Origin: Fimbriimonadales bacterium
Lineage (GTDB): Bacteria > Armatimonadota > Fimbriimonadia > Fimbriimonadales > ATM1
Direction of reading: 5' to 3'
DNA: 64,000 nt
Assembly (NCBI GenBank): GCA_051003155.1
Contig: JBPCLO010000026.1
Coordinates: forward strand, 96,001-160,000
Positions within the stretch are counted from its first letter, which is position 1; each line of letters opens with the position of its first letter. A program made the translations under genes and the position numbers. The notes below the pieces were generated by a model, which worked only from the letters and a program-made list of their open reading frames with translations, made no database searches and was not told where the DNA came from. Shown piece by piece: positions 19,950-30,438 of the stretch.

Positions 19950-22436
19950 TTAGTTTTTGACGATCTGCTCTTCTTCTTCCTTGGCACCGCCATTGGTGCC
20001 GGTCGCCTTGCGGAACAGGATTTGGCCGTTCTTATCGAGTTCCACGAGAACCGTATCGCCGGCCTCGAACCGTCCGAACAGAATCTCTTCGCTGAGCGGG
20101 TCCTCGATGAATTTCTGGACCGCCCTGCGGAGCGGCCGGGCGCCCATGTCGGGAGCGTAGCCCTCGCGAGCGAGCATTTCCTTCACTTCTTGAGTGACTT
20201 CGACGACGATCTTGTTGCGAGCGGCCTGCTGGTTCACGCGGGCGATCTGCAGTTCCACGATGTGCAGAATTTCTTCTTGCCTCAAGTGATGGAACACGAT
20301 CACCTCGTCTACGCGGTTGAGAAACTCGGGCCGGAAGAGCTTCTTCATCTCCGCCAGCATCTTGTTCTTCATCGATTCGTACGCTTTCGGGTCGTTCGGA
20401 TCGATCGCCGTGCTGCGGAAACCGAGGCCTTGCTCTTCGTCGAGCGGGCGAACGCCCACGTTCGACGTCATGATGATGACCGTATTTCGGAAGTCCACGA
20501 CGCGGCCTTGCGAGTCGGTCAAACGGCCGTCCTCCAGAACCTGCAAAAGGATGTTGAAAACATCGGGATGCGCTTTCTCGATTTCATCCAGCAACACCAC
20601 GCAGTACGGGTTCCGCCGAACGGCTTCCGTTAGCTGGCCGCCGTCTTCATGCCCCACATACCCCGGAGGAGCGCCGATCAGCCGGCTCACAGAGAATCGC
20701 TCCATGTATTCGGACATGTCGATGCGGACCGTGTTGCTCTCGTTTTCGAACAAGTACTCCGCGAGGGCCCGCGCCATCTCGGTCTTGCCGACACCCGTCG
20801 GGCCCAGGAAGAAGAAGCTGCCCATCGGCCGCTTCGGGTCTTTCAGGCCCGAGCGCGACCGGCGAACCGCACGCGAAACCGCCTCGACCGCGTCGTGTTG
20901 GCCGATAATCCGCTCGTGGAGGTCTTCCTCCATTCGCAGAAGCTTCTGGCTTTCGGTCTGCACTAATCGCGAGACCGGGATGCCCGTCCAGCTTTCTACG
21001 ATGTGCGCGATCTCGGCCTCGCCGACGATCGGCTCGTCATGGTGGACTGCCTTCCACTCTTCTTCGCGCTTGTTGACTTCGGCTTCGAGTTCGTCGATCT
21101 CGGCGCGCAGGGGTGCAATCTTGTCGTTCAGGTCTTGGTGCCGCTCGAGGTATTCCATCTCGCGCTTCTTCTTGTCGAGGAGCTGCTTGTCCTGACGCAC
21201 GTCGAGAGGCGGCAGGCTGAGCTGCAACCTCACGCGGCTAGCGGCTTCGTCGACAAGGTCGATCGCCTTGTCCGGAAGCGAGCGGTCGCTAATATACCGG
21301 TTTGAAAGCTGCACGGCTGCGTCGATGGCTTCATCTTGAATTTCAACGCCGTGGTGGCCTTCGTAGCGATCCCTCAGGCCTTTCAAAATCTCGGTGGCTT
21401 CGTCTTCGGAAGGTTCCCTAACTTGCACAGGCTGGAACCGACGCTCCAGGGCCGCGTCCCGCTCGATGTACTTCCGGAATTCGTCCTGGGTCGTCGCGCC
21501 GATGCACTGCAGCTCCCCACGTGCGAGGGCCGGTTTCATGATGTTCGAAGCATCGATGGCGCCTTCTGCTGCGCCCGCGCCCACGAGAGTGTGGAGCTCG
21601 TCGACGAACAGGATGACCTCGCCATCGGCTCGCCGTACTTCTTCCATAACGCGCTTCATCCTCTCTTCGAACTCGCCGCGATACTTGGTTCCGGCGACGA
21701 GAGCGGCGAGGTCCAGCGCCACAATTCGCTTGTCTTTGATCTGGTCGGGAACGTCCCCGGAAACGATCCGCTGTGCCAAGCCCTCGGCTATGGCGGTCTT
21801 ACCCACACCGGGTTCGCCGATAAGACAGGGGTTGTTCTTGGTTCGGCGGCTGAGAATCTGCATTACACGCTCGATCTCGTTTTGCCGTCCGATCACCGGG
21901 TCCAGCTTGCCGTTCCTTGCCATTTCTGTCAGATCCCTGCCGAATTCGTCCAGGGTCTGGGTTTGCGACCGAGACGCGCGGCCGGCCTTGCCGACCGGGG
22001 TTTCGTTGTCTTGCAGAGCCATGACTTCCCTGCGCGCCTTCTCGAGCTCGACGCCCAGCTTGGCGAGGACTCGCCCTGCGAGGCCGTCTCCTTCCCGAAT
22101 AAGGCCGAGCAACAGATGCTCGGTGCCGATGTAGTTGTTGTTGAGGTTTCGCGCCTCGTCGTATGCGAGGTCGATCACGCGCTTGGCGCGTGGGGTCAGC
22201 GTCATCTCTTGCACAGGCTTGTGATCGCCGCGCGGAAGCTGCTTTTCAACCTCCGTCTTAATTCGGCTTAAGCTGATTCCCAGCTTCTCCAGAACGCGAG
22301 CAGCCACACTGTCCGACTCGCGGACCAGCCCCAGGAGCAGGTGCTCGGTACTGACGTAGCCCTCACCGAATTTCTGCGCCTCTTCCTGGGCGTAGAATAC
22401 GACCTTCCTCGCTCGTTCTGTAAATCGTTGCCACAT
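19950..22436 (-). CDS. clpC: ATP-dependent Clp protease ATP-binding subunit ClpC
   Basis: [11 protein letters not shown]lp-N repeats, GEPGVGKT and GPTGVGKT Walker A motifs, GAPPGYVG. Confidence 0.97.
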   Translation of the reverse strand: MWQRFTERARKVVFYAQEEAQKFGEGYVSTEHLLLGLVRESDSVAARVLEKLGISLSRIKTEVEKQLPRGDHKPVQEMTLTPRAKRVIDLAYDEARNLNNNYIGTEHLLLGLIREGDGLAGRVLAKLGVELEKARREVMALQDNETPVGKAGRASRSQTQTLDEFGRDLTEMARNGKLDPVIGRQNEIERVMQILSRRTKNNPCLIGEPGVGKTAIAEGLAQRIVSGDVPDQIKDKRIVALDLAALVAGTKYRGEFEERMKRVMEEVRRADGEVILFVDELHTLVGAGAAEGAIDASNIMKPALARGELQCIGATTQDEFRKYIERDAALERRFQPVQVREPSEDEATEILKGLRDRYEGHHGVEIQDEAIDAAVQLSNRYISDRSLPDKAIDLVDEAASRVRLQLSLPPLDVRQDKQLLDKKKREMEYLERHQDLNDKIAPLRAEIDELEAEVNKREEEWKAVHHDEPIVGEAEIAHIVESWTGIPVSRLVQTESQKLLRMEEDLHERIIGQHDAVEAVSRAVRRSRSGLKDPKRPMGSFFFLGPTGVGKTEMARALAEYLFENESNTVRIDMSEYMERFSVSRLIGAPPGYVGHEDGGQLTEAVRRNPYCVVLLDEIEKAHPDVFNILLQVLEDGRLTDSQGRVVDFRNTVIIMTSNVGVRPLDEEQGLGFRSTAIDPNDPKAYESMKNKMLAEMKKLFRPEFLNRVDEVIVFHHLRQEEILHIVELQIARVNQQAARNKIVVEVTQEVKEMLAREGYAPDMGARPLRRAVQKFIEDPLSEEILFGRFEAGDTVLVELDKNGQILFRKATGTNGGAKEEEEQIVKN

Positions 22437-23620
22437 ATTGTTCCGTTCTTTGCGTTTGCCTTGCCCTACTCAAAGTATACGTCTAAGGGGATCGTGCGAC
22501 TCAAGGTCCTGGGCCATATAGACGCACGCTCTGGGAAGGGACGGATTCCAGGCCGGAGTCAATTCAGGAAACCGTCGAATAATCGCAGTCGCCGCAAGCT
22601 CAGCTATTGTGTCAGAAAACGACGCCGGTACGTCGGACGCTGATTCGTTGCTCTAATGAACACCCATCGCTTGCATCGATATAGACATTCCCACAATCGG
22701 ATTCGTTCCAAAATTCGTCATTTCGAGCGGAGTGGAGGAACCTGCCAGTTGTCGCTAAATCTATCGTAAGCGGGACAGGGGGTGCCGCGGCGATAGGTCC
22801 GAATGCGCTAGTGTGATTCCGTGGCAACGGGCATCCTCACTAACCAACATGATTTTGCTCGTCGACCAGAAGGCAGCGAAGATGTGCTCGGCGTTCATCC
22901 CGCGACGCCTTGTTTCTATGAACTGTTTGCTGTCCGCGAGCACCTGAAGATCGTGGCAACGTGCTTCGATAGGCTCGACGATATCGACGCACGAGGCGAA
23001 CCCTTTTACTCCAAAAAGTACGACCTCTACTCAAAGGCGAACGAGTTCGTGGCGACCCTGAGCAAGGGAATGAAGCAAAGGTGGCTGCCGCGACAAAAAG
23101 TCAGCTGCCCAGATATGCGGTTCGACAACCTTCCGTCGCTACCCACCCAAGCCACCTCTTCAGGGGGACTGGTATAATTACTGTTCACCCGTGTCCGGTT
23201 TTTTGCACTCTGGTATGGCCGGTGTAGCTTTCGAACGCCACTCTGGGCTTCTCAGGGATGACATGGCACAGTCCGGGGGGGTGACAAGATCGCTGCGAAA
23301 CCTTTTGGCCACTTGTTGTGCTACACGCTTGCGTCATCCCCGTTCAACCAAGCGGGTGCCATGGCGAGGGGCCCGTACGGTGTGAAGCCTTCCCTCCGGT
23401 GGCACGGCGAGATTCGCGCGTGCAATTTCCAAAATTATTGAGGCCTTCGATCCAATCTGACCGTGGGCGGGCGTGTTGGCGGTTTACCAGTGCACTAGCA
23501 ATAGACCTATTCCTAGTCTTGGTCCGCAGCCTCCATTCTCTACTCCACAGGCCCGGCTTGACTCCCGCCCGGCCGAACCTCCATAATAGGAGACGTTCCC
23601 CCTTCCCGGAAGGCCAATCC

Positions 23621-23917
23621 ATGATGAAACTCGTCGGTGTCGATGTCTACGTTCAGTCTGAAACGCTTCCTGAAGTGCCCAAACAGCACGGCAAGATGAA
23701 ACTAGTTTTCATTTCCAACCGCGGCACGCGCGTCTCCCCTGAAACGAACGTTGCGCTCATCGACCTGATGCAATGCCGCTACGAATGCGAGGCCGACCTC
23801 ACGGAGGGCGACATCACCGAACTGCTCGTCAGCCTTGACCGAAGCGCCATGAAGTGGACGAAAGCCCAGAAGCTCTGGGCGAAAGACGGCGAGAAGATGT
23901 ACAGCCAGCCTTACTGA
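23621..23917 (+). CDS. Stand-alone isocitrate dehydrogenase C-terminal-like domain protein
   Basis: LVGVDVYV...KLVFISNRGTRV...CRY...W.K.QKL...DG resembles the recalled C-terminal domain of Thermus/Rickettsia IDH; GGAAGG RBS. Confidence 0.75.
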   Translation: MMKLVGVDVYVQSETLPEVPKQHGKMKLVFISNRGTRVSPETNVALIDLMQCRYECEADLTEGDITELLVSLDRSAMKWTKAQKLWAKDGEKMYSQPY

Positions 23918-23936
23918 GCTTCCCAAGAAAACCACT

Positions 23937-24938
23937 ATGTCTCAAGACGTTTGCATCATTCGCGGCGACGGCATCGGGCCAGAAATTTCCGATGCCGTCG
24001 AAAAGATCATAGACGCAGCCGGCGTCGCGATCAACTGGATTCCACTCGATGCGGGATTGAAATGCGTGGAGGCAGGGGAGCCGATCGTTCCCGATCGTAC
24101 GATCGACAAGATCCGCGACGTGGGCATCGCCCTTAAAGCGCCGATGACCACGCCGATCGGGAAAGGCTCGGTCAGCCCTAACGTGACGCTGCGAAAGAGG
24201 CTCGACCTGTACGCCTGCGTCCGTCCCGCGAGGTCGCTGCCTGGGGTGAAGACCCCGTTTCAAGGCCTGGACATCGTGATCTTCCGAGAGAACTCGGAGG
24301 ACCTTTACACCCAAATCGAATACATGGTCACGCCCACCGTCGCTAACTCGCTCAAACTGATCAGCGAGCCGGCCTCCGAAAAAATCGCGCGCGCCGCCTT
24401 CGAATTCGCCCGCAAGAACGGCCGTCGCCTCGTGACGTGCGTTCACAAGGCGAACATCATGAAGATCGCCGACGGACTGTTCTTACGCACCTTCCAGCGC
24501 GTGGCCAAGGAGTACCCGGACATCGAGAGCTGGGACATCATTGTCGACGCCCTCTGTATGCAGCTTGTGACCAAGTGGCGGCAGTTCGACGTGCTGGTGC
24601 TGCCGAACCTGTATGGCGACATCGTTAGCGACCTGGCTGCGGGAATGATGGGTGGGCTGGGCGTTGCACCCGGCGCGAACTACGGGGATAAGACGGCGGT
24701 GTTCGAAGCCGTGCACGGCTCTGCTCCGAAGTACGCCGGCCTCGATAAGGTCAACCCTATGGCCCTTCTCTTTTCAGCCAATATGATGCTTCGCCACTTG
24801 GGCCACGAAGCGCAAGCCGAGGCCATCGAGGGAGCGGTTGAGCGCACTTTGGTCAAGGGCGTGAAGACTTACGACCTTCTGGGCAACGCGAAAACGAGCG
24901 AGTTCGCGGACGCGATTTGCTCCGAACTTCGGGCATAG
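23937..24938 (+). CDS. icd: Isocitrate dehydrogenase, probably NADP-dependent
   Basis: GDGIGPEI, SPNVTLRK, RENSED, HKANIMK, NLYGDIVSD, HGSAPKYAG (KY is NADP-type). Confidence 0.88.
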   Translation: MSQDVCIIRGDGIGPEISDAVEKIIDAAGVAINWIPLDAGLKCVEAGEPIVPDRTIDKIRDVGIALKAPMTTPIGKGSVSPNVTLRKRLDLYACVRPARSLPGVKTPFQGLDIVIFRENSEDLYTQIEYMVTPTVANSLKLISEPASEKIARAAFEFARKNGRRLVTCVHKANIMKIADGLFLRTFQRVAKEYPDIESWDIIVDALCMQLVTKWRQFDVLVLPNLYGDIVSDLAAGMMGGLGVAPGANYGDKTAVFEAVHGSAPKYAGLDKVNPMALLFSANMMLRHLGHEAQAEAIEGAVERTLVKGVKTYDLLGNAKTSEFADAICSELRA

Positions 24939-25066
24939 GCGCGCAAGGAAGCATGGCAACCGGGCAACACCCGAAGGCGCAGATCGGAACTTCACGCGAA
25001 GTCTCCAATCAGAGCCTGAAGCGCTTGCAGGAAACTACCGTGCGCCAGAAACTGGTTAACGTATCT

Positions 25067-25561
25067 ATGAAGCTGCTCTTGCTCATCCCGCTCGCCATAA
25101 TGATTCTTGCCTGCATGTCGCAAGGCATCGACCGATTCAAGGGATTTCTGACTGAGAGTCCGACGCGAGACGACAAGGTCGTGAAAACGGATGCTGAATG
25201 GAAGCAGGTGCTTACTCCGGAGCAGTACCGGGTTCTGCGAAAGAAGGGAACCGAAGCGGCATTTTGCTCGCCCCTCCTGGACAATCACGAGAAGGGCGCC
25301 TATCATTGCGCAGGCTGCGGCCTAAAGCTATTCAAGACTGACGCGAAATTCGACAGCGGCACCGGATGGCCGTCGTTCTTCCAACCCGAATCCAAAGAAG
25401 CGATTTGGCTCAAGCAGGACGTGAGCCACGGAATGGTGCGGATGGAGGTGCTGTGCTCTCGCTGCGACGGCCATTTGGGCCACGTTTTTGAGGACGGGCC
25501 GAAGCCAACGGGCCTTCGCTTCTGCATGAACGGAGAGGCCCTCAATTTTCGCAAGGCATAA
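25067..25561 (+). CDS. msrB: Peptide-methionine (R)-S-oxide reductase with signal peptide
   Basis: KFDSGTGWPSF, GHLGHVFEDGP, RFCMN; two CxxC; hydrophobic N-terminus ending ILAC. Confidence 0.95.
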   Translation: MKLLLLIPLAIMILACMSQGIDRFKGFLTESPTRDDKVVKTDAEWKQVLTPEQYRVLRKKGTEAAFCSPLLDNHEKGAYHCAGCGLKLFKTDAKFDSGTGWPSFFQPESKEAIWLKQDVSHGMVRMEVLCSRCDGHLGHVFEDGPKPTGLRFCMNGEALNFRKA

Positions 25562-25693
25562 GCCTCCTCGATTGTAGTTCTGGTTGGGCCCGATACCGGG
25601 AGGAATGGTTTTCTTGCTAAAAGACGTCGAGACGGTTGGTGATTCAGTCTTTTTCTGATATTATCTCGATAACGACGTACTCGGTCACGACGA

Positions 25694-25870
25694 TTCGATC
25701 TGAATCAGACAAACCCGGTATGGTCGACGCCGACGACGATGAACTACCGCCGCCGGAACCACACGCTGGTCGTGCTGACAGACGGCACGGTGTTCTGCAG
25801 TGGGGGGAACTTCAGACTCGAGCAAGACTTGGGACCGCTGGGCTACGACTACAAACGGTCCGAGATTTTG
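25694..25870 (+). pseudogene. Kelch-blade fragment of a copper radical oxidase paralog
   Basis: FDLNQTNPVWSTPTTMNYRRRNHTLVVLTDGTVFCSGG parallels DLYQDPPTWQAAAGMNLGRLNHTMVALPTTDVIVFGG in 27121-29268. Confidence 0.65.
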
Positions 25871-25936
25871 GGATCCGGCCACGAACATATGACATCTTCA
25901 GAACGTGACAATGATCAGCTTTCGTCCCTTTCACTC

Positions 25937-27124
25937 GTGCGATTTGCCACTCTTTGTTTGGGCCTAATGGCCGCTTGTGCGTGGATGGCAACACAGGACA
26001 CAACGTATGAGAACCTTGCGCCCGTGTTCGCGGCCAAGTGTGCTCCCTGTCATAGCCCAGGCGGCCCAGCGCCCTTCTCGCTGACAAACTACGAAGAAGC
26101 GCGCAAGCGCGCCGAAAAGATTGGCCTGATGGTGACTTCCTACGTAATGCCCCCTTGCCAGATGAAGTCCGACGTCGGCGAGTTTTGCGCGACCCCTCGC
26201 TTAACCTTTGAGGAAGTGGTCGCCATACGCAGTTGGAGCGGTTCCGGGGCGCTGCAAGGCAAACCGACGAGTCAAGCCACCCGGATAACCAAGGGAAACT
26301 GGAGGCTCGGCCAGCCTGATCTGATACTAAAGGGTGGGACAACGGTACGGGCCGAAGGAGGAGCCTATTGGCGGACGTTTGTTCTCGACCTGCCTCCTGA
26401 GATCTCCCACCTGAAGGCATTCGACATCCTTCCCACTTCTCCGCAGGTAATCCGCCACGTTCTCATTGCAGTCGCTGCTAAAGCGCGGAGGAATCAACCG
26501 ACTATATTCGAAACGTGGGGCAGCCTCGGCCCACAGGTTCGTAATCTAGTGGGAGCGTGGGCGCCCGGCTACTTCCGATGGAGGTTGCCGGCCGGGGTTG
26601 GCATTCCGATCAAAGGACAACACTCGTTGCTCGTGCAGGTTCAGTACAACCCGCTTGGCAGGCCAGAGAAGGGAACGTTCAAGATTGGCCTCTACGCGTC
26701 TCGCCAAGCTCAGAACGAAACGCCGAAATGGCTTTCGATCGGCTCAAAAGAAATCGATATCCCCGCCGTCGGGAGAAGGACGATCCGGGCGAGCCATGTG
26801 CTGGCCGAAGGTATCAAGCTCCTTGCGATCCACCCGGAGGCGCGGCTCGCCGCACGACTCATCAGGCTCGAAGCAAAGCTCGCAGATGGCGGCACAAAAC
26901 AGGTTTTCGGAGGCTCTTGGGACCTGTATTGGATGGGCGCCTACAACTTTGCAAAGCCGCCGATTCTCCCCAAAGGGACCCAATTGAACCTTACGATCGA
27001 ATACACGAACGGCCTAGACTCGATGCATTCGTCGGGCAATCCAAGGCCGATCAAGTTCGGCTACGGTCCGCGAGATGAACTTGCGTGGGTGCACCTGCAA
27101 TGTATCCCGGCGAAGAAGCGCTAG
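25937..27124 (+). CDS. Secreted c-type cytochrome with Cu-monooxygenase (PHM/DBH)-like domains
   Basis: Signal peptide, CAPCH heme motif, PFSL, MPP, WRLGQPDL, WAPG; start reassigned to GTG 25937. Confidence 0.75.
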   Translation: MRFATLCLGLMAACAWMATQDTTYENLAPVFAAKCAPCHSPGGPAPFSLTNYEEARKRAEKIGLMVTSYVMPPCQMKSDVGEFCATPRLTFEEVVAIRSWSGSGALQGKPTSQATRITKGNWRLGQPDLILKGGTTVRAEGGAYWRTFVLDLPPEISHLKAFDILPTSPQVIRHVLIAVAAKARRNQPTIFETWGSLGPQVRNLVGAWAPGYFRWRLPAGVGIPIKGQHSLLVQVQYNPLGRPEKGTFKIGLYASRQAQNETPKWLSIGSKEIDIPAVGRRTIRASHVLAEGIKLLAIHPEARLAARLIRLEAKLADGGTKQVFGGSWDLYWMGAYNFAKPPILPKGTQLNLTIEYTNGLDSMHSSGNPRPIKFGYGPRDELAWVHLQCIPAKKR

Positions 27125-29268
27125 CGGACGCCGAACTCGACAACGTCCACTCGAGCGGACAGCGGCCACACAAAGGTGGGGCCACGTTGAATGTAAGCGA
27201 ATTTTGCTTTCACTGACCCATCGGCCCTCACGTACTTACCCGTGGTGTTGGCAACGACGATTTCATAAATCTTCTCGGTCTGGTTGCTAACCGATGGACC
27301 GGAGACGGATTCGTAAGCGTTGGTGAGCCAGTTGAAGAGGAATATCGTCAAATCGGCGATGCCGCCCGTCTTGCTCTCGATGTGCACCCTCACTTTGGTG
27401 GGATCGGTAACCGGAGCGATTCCGCTTACGACAAATTCTGCGGTCGATCCCGTGAAGCCTGGACCAAAATCGATTCGTTGTCCAAGGTACTGGTTGTCTC
27501 CGAGGAGCAGTGAATAAGGCTGCGCCCAGTTGATGCCCTGCTGCGCTGTACCCTTTGTAAGCGCTCCGCCCGACGGATACACCGGCTCGAAGTCCTTGAG
27601 GTGAACCATTTTCGAGAGGGACGGGATTCCTATGATCCGCGTCTCGCCTTGCGGTCCGAGGTCGGTATTGTCCATGGCGAAGAGCATGTAAAAAGTCGGT
27701 GTTGCGATCTTGGGGGCCGTCGGCGGCATTACCCTCAGCACATTGTTTCCGAGATTTTGGAAGTCAAGCTCGACCACCTGCTGGTTCTCATTGAATGCAT
27801 GGGTCGTCGAACCTAAGGAGATCAGCATCAGTTTGCTGATGGGTCGCCCGCTCGTGACGTTCGGGCTCACCGTTACGTCGAACGTTTCCCCATAGCGGAT
27901 GACGGTGGGGCAATTGACGCCGATCGTCGGTCGGAGCGATTGCCATGCATCAGTCCCCCCGTAAGGTGGTGAGAACAGCTGGACGTCTCGGGTGTTCTCA
28001 TTGCCAGACCCTTTGTCGGCACCATCCGGTTCGCCGCCGCCTACAGCTACTCGGCCATCGGGCAACAGGGTAGCGGTCGAGTGATATCCGCGCGGAATCT
28101 CGTGATCCGCAGGCGTCGGCTTGTTGAACAGCTTCCAAGGGCGCGTCGCTCGGTCGGAAACAAACGGTTTCCACAGCTCCGGAGCGGTTCGAGGCTTTGC
28201 CTCCTCTGGCACAGGTATGCCGTTAGTTCCAAATGTCAGGCTGCCACCGAAAACGATCACATCCGTCGTCGGAAGCGCAACCATCGTGTGGTTTAGGCGT
28301 CCGAGGTTCATGCCCGCTGCAGCTTGCCACGTGGGCGGATCTTGGTAGAGATCGGCAAAGAGGGCGTTGGTGACAGCAGGCTCGTGCTCTCCGGACGACT
28401 CCGCCCCGCCCGACTTCACGATAATGCTTTCCCGAACGCCGCTCCAGTTCTTTGCGTTGATCATGACCGAACTCGGATAGTAGCCGCGAACGTTCATGGA
28501 GCCATTCGGGAAAGTCGAGTAGGTGGACCACGCCAACTTCACCAGATCGAGCTTTTGATTCGGCGACGGGCCCTCATCAGCCCATCCTCGAGCAGCGAAG
28601 AACGGATTGCCGTCCTTGGGGTCGATGAACATGTGGGGGTAGTAGTTGTCCATGTTCCCATTAGGAGGGAAGGCATGGTGGTAGTCTGCGAGTCCGGTCA
28701 GCCAAGGCACACCCACCATCCAAAGGTCCGGAAGGTCGGCCGTCGTGTGTTTGCTTCCACCGATACCCGTGAGAATAAGTATACGGCGATTCGGGAGGGC
28801 CGTAGTCGTCGGGTACCACCTAAGCTGTGTCATGCGACGACCGCTCGTGGTCCAAGCTTGGTTGTTGGGTAAACGATAGTCGAAGACGTTGACCCGATCG
28901 TCACCGTACCCGTTCTCGATTAAATGTCCGCCCGCGTTGAAGAGCCTTCCATCCCAGAGCATCGTGTGTCCGGCGCAGAAGAGATTGGTGGTCGAATTGG
29001 ATGCGTTGCCTACGGTGAAAACGTCATAGGCGTAATTGGTGCCAGGTGATACTGCCGTCCCATAAGGAGTGTCGGGGAGCGGCTGGCCAAAGGAGTAATT
29101 CGTGTTCCAGATGAGCAGCCTTTCGTCGGGCAACAGTGAAATGTGCACGGGGCGGACATACCAGCCGTTAGGCCAATTAATATCCGACCAAGTGCCCAAA
29201 GCTTCCAAGGCGAATGTCGAAGAAGCCAAAGCACACAACGACAAGCTTGTTAACAACCTAATTCTCAT
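27121..29268 (-). CDS. Galactose/glyoxal oxidase-like copper radical oxidase (AA5, DUF1929) with extra C-terminal domain
   Basis: NLFCAGH (Cys), RWYPT (Tyr), RGYHS (Tyr-His), TTHAFN (His); signal peptide. Confidence 0.88.
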   Translation of the reverse strand: MRIRLLTSLSLCALASSTFALEALGTWSDINWPNGWYVRPVHISLLPDERLLIWNTNYSFGQPLPDTPYGTAVSPGTNYAYDVFTVGNASNSTTNLFCAGHTMLWDGRLFNAGGHLIENGYGDDRVNVFDYRLPNNQAWTTSGRRMTQLRWYPTTTALPNRRILILTGIGGSKHTTADLPDLWMVGVPWLTGLADYHHAFPPNGNMDNYYPHMFIDPKDGNPFFAARGWADEGPSPNQKLDLVKLAWSTYSTFPNGSMNVRGYYPSSVMINAKNWSGVRESIIVKSGGAESSGEHEPAVTNALFADLYQDPPTWQAAAGMNLGRLNHTMVALPTTDVIVFGGSLTFGTNGIPVPEEAKPRTAPELWKPFVSDRATRPWKLFNKPTPADHEIPRGYHSTATLLPDGRVAVGGGEPDGADKGSGNENTRDVQLFSPPYGGTDAWQSLRPTIGVNCPTVIRYGETFDVTVSPNVTSGRPISKLMLISLGSTTHAFNENQQVVELDFQNLGNNVLRVMPPTAPKIATPTFYMLFAMDNTDLGPQGETRIIGIPSLSKMVHLKDFEPVYPSGGALTKGTAQQGINWAQPYSLLLGDNQYLGQRIDFGPGFTGSTAEFVVSGIAPVTDPTKVRVHIESKTGGIADLTIFLFNWLTNAYESVSGPSVSNQTEKIYEIVVANTTGKYVRADGSVKAKFAYIQRGPTFVWPLSARVDVVEFGVR

Positions 29269-29349
29269 CTCTTCCTCCAGCGAAGCATGACCTTAAATGA
29301 TACAGCAAACGACGGCGACCCGTTTGACCTAATCATACCAGGGCCAGGC

Positions 29350-29559
29350 CTAGTTAGCTTGTTCGGCGCAATGGGAGCAGCAGTAAATCGTCGTTCCCTC
29401 CTCGACTCCGTGGCCTATTACCGGCGTGCCGCAGTGAGAGCACCTGGGAGCGAGCGCATGAATCGCACACTCGAAGCAGTCGAACGTATGGCGTTTCCCA
29501 GCCATCACAACTTCGAACGCTCGGTCGTAGTCGTTGCCGCATGTCTCACAAATTGCCAT
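29350..29559 (-). CDS. Small Cys-rich metallothionein-like protein (69 aa)
   Basis: MAICETCGNDYDRAF...FDCFECAIHALAPRCSHCG...YCCSHCA. Confidence 0.85.
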   Translation of the reverse strand: MAICETCGNDYDRAFEVVMAGKRHTFDCFECAIHALAPRCSHCGTPVIGHGVEEGTTIYCCSHCAEQAN

Positions 29560-29647
29560 GCCTAAAATGACGCCTGGCCGCGCGTTTGCGTCGCCCTCAC
29601 TGGGGTTCATACGCAGATGGAACGAAGGGGCCGACGCAAACGTCTGT

Positions 29648-29677
29648 TTGACACCGCGCAAGAGTGTCATATATACT
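29648..29677 (+). promoter_or_regulatory. Sigma70-type promoter of infC
   Basis: TTGACA-18 nt-TATACT, overlapped by inverted repeats TGACAC/GTGTCA and CAAGAGT/ACTCTTG. Confidence 0.75.
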
Positions 29678-29709
29678 CTTGTGACCGAACGCATGAAAGG
29701 TGAAACAAG

Positions 29710-30438
29710 ATAAGAAGACCCCGTAGAGACGTGCGGCCCGAACCAGGCCCTATGATCAACGCCCGCTGCCTGCGGTTTCCAGACCTGAGACTTATTGGTC
29801 CCGAAGGCGAGCAAGTAGGCATCATCCAATCCCGAAGAGCCCTCCAAATGGCAGAAGATGCTGGCCTGGACCTCGTGCTGGTCGCGCCCAACGCACAACC
29901 CCCCGTTTGCCGAATCGTAGATCACGGCAAGTACAAGTATGAGCAGGAAAAGAGGGATAAGGATAACAAGCACAAGCGCAAAGCCCAGGAAGTTAAGGGT
30001 ATAAAGTTGCGTCCCAGCACCGCTGGTCACGACCTCCAGGTTCTTCTGAAGAATTCGCGAAAGTTCTTGGAAGAAGGCGACAAAGTTCGCTTCCTTGTCC
30101 AGTTCAAGTCGCGTGAAATCGCCCACCCGGAGATTGCGGTCGCCAAGTTAGATTGGTTTCTCGGAGAGCTCGGTGACACGGTGCAGGTGGATAAGCAGGC
30201 GGGCCTCGAGGGCAGGCAGATGACGATGGTCGTCAGCCCGAACAAGAAAGCGCCGCCGAAAGGATTAAGTAAAGATGGGAAACAAGCTGAAGACAAGCAA
30301 GACGGCGGCGAAGAGGTTCAAGATCTCGGGGACCGGCAAGATTCTGCGCCGCAAAGCGTACAACAGCCACATGTTCTTCCACAAGAGCGGCAGCCAGAAG
30401 CGCCGCCTGGAGAACGAGCCGGAACTCGCAAAGGGTGA
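29710..30438 (+). CDS. infC: Translation initiation factor IF-3, probable ATA start
   Basis: GLDLVLVAPNAQPPVCRIVDHGKYKYEQ, FLEEGDKV; in-frame ATA at 29710 behind the AAAGGTGA SD. Confidence 0.95.
   Translation: MRRPRRDVRPEPGPMINARCLRFPDLRLIGPEGEQVGIIQSRRALQMAEDAGLDLVLVAPNAQPPVCRIVDHGKYKYEQEKRDKDNKHKRKAQEVKGIKLRPSTAGHDLQVLLKNSRKFLEEGDKVRFLVQFKSREIAHPEIAVAKLDWFLGELGDTVQVDKQAGLEGRQMTMVVSPNKKAPPKGLSKDGKQAEDKQDGGEEVQDLGDRQDSAPQSVQQPHVLPQERQPEAPPGERAGTRKG

Noticed and set aside
19836..22271. Long + strand ORFs opposite clpC, and similar shadow ORFs elsewhere
   Set aside because: Antisense shadows expected from high-GC codon bias
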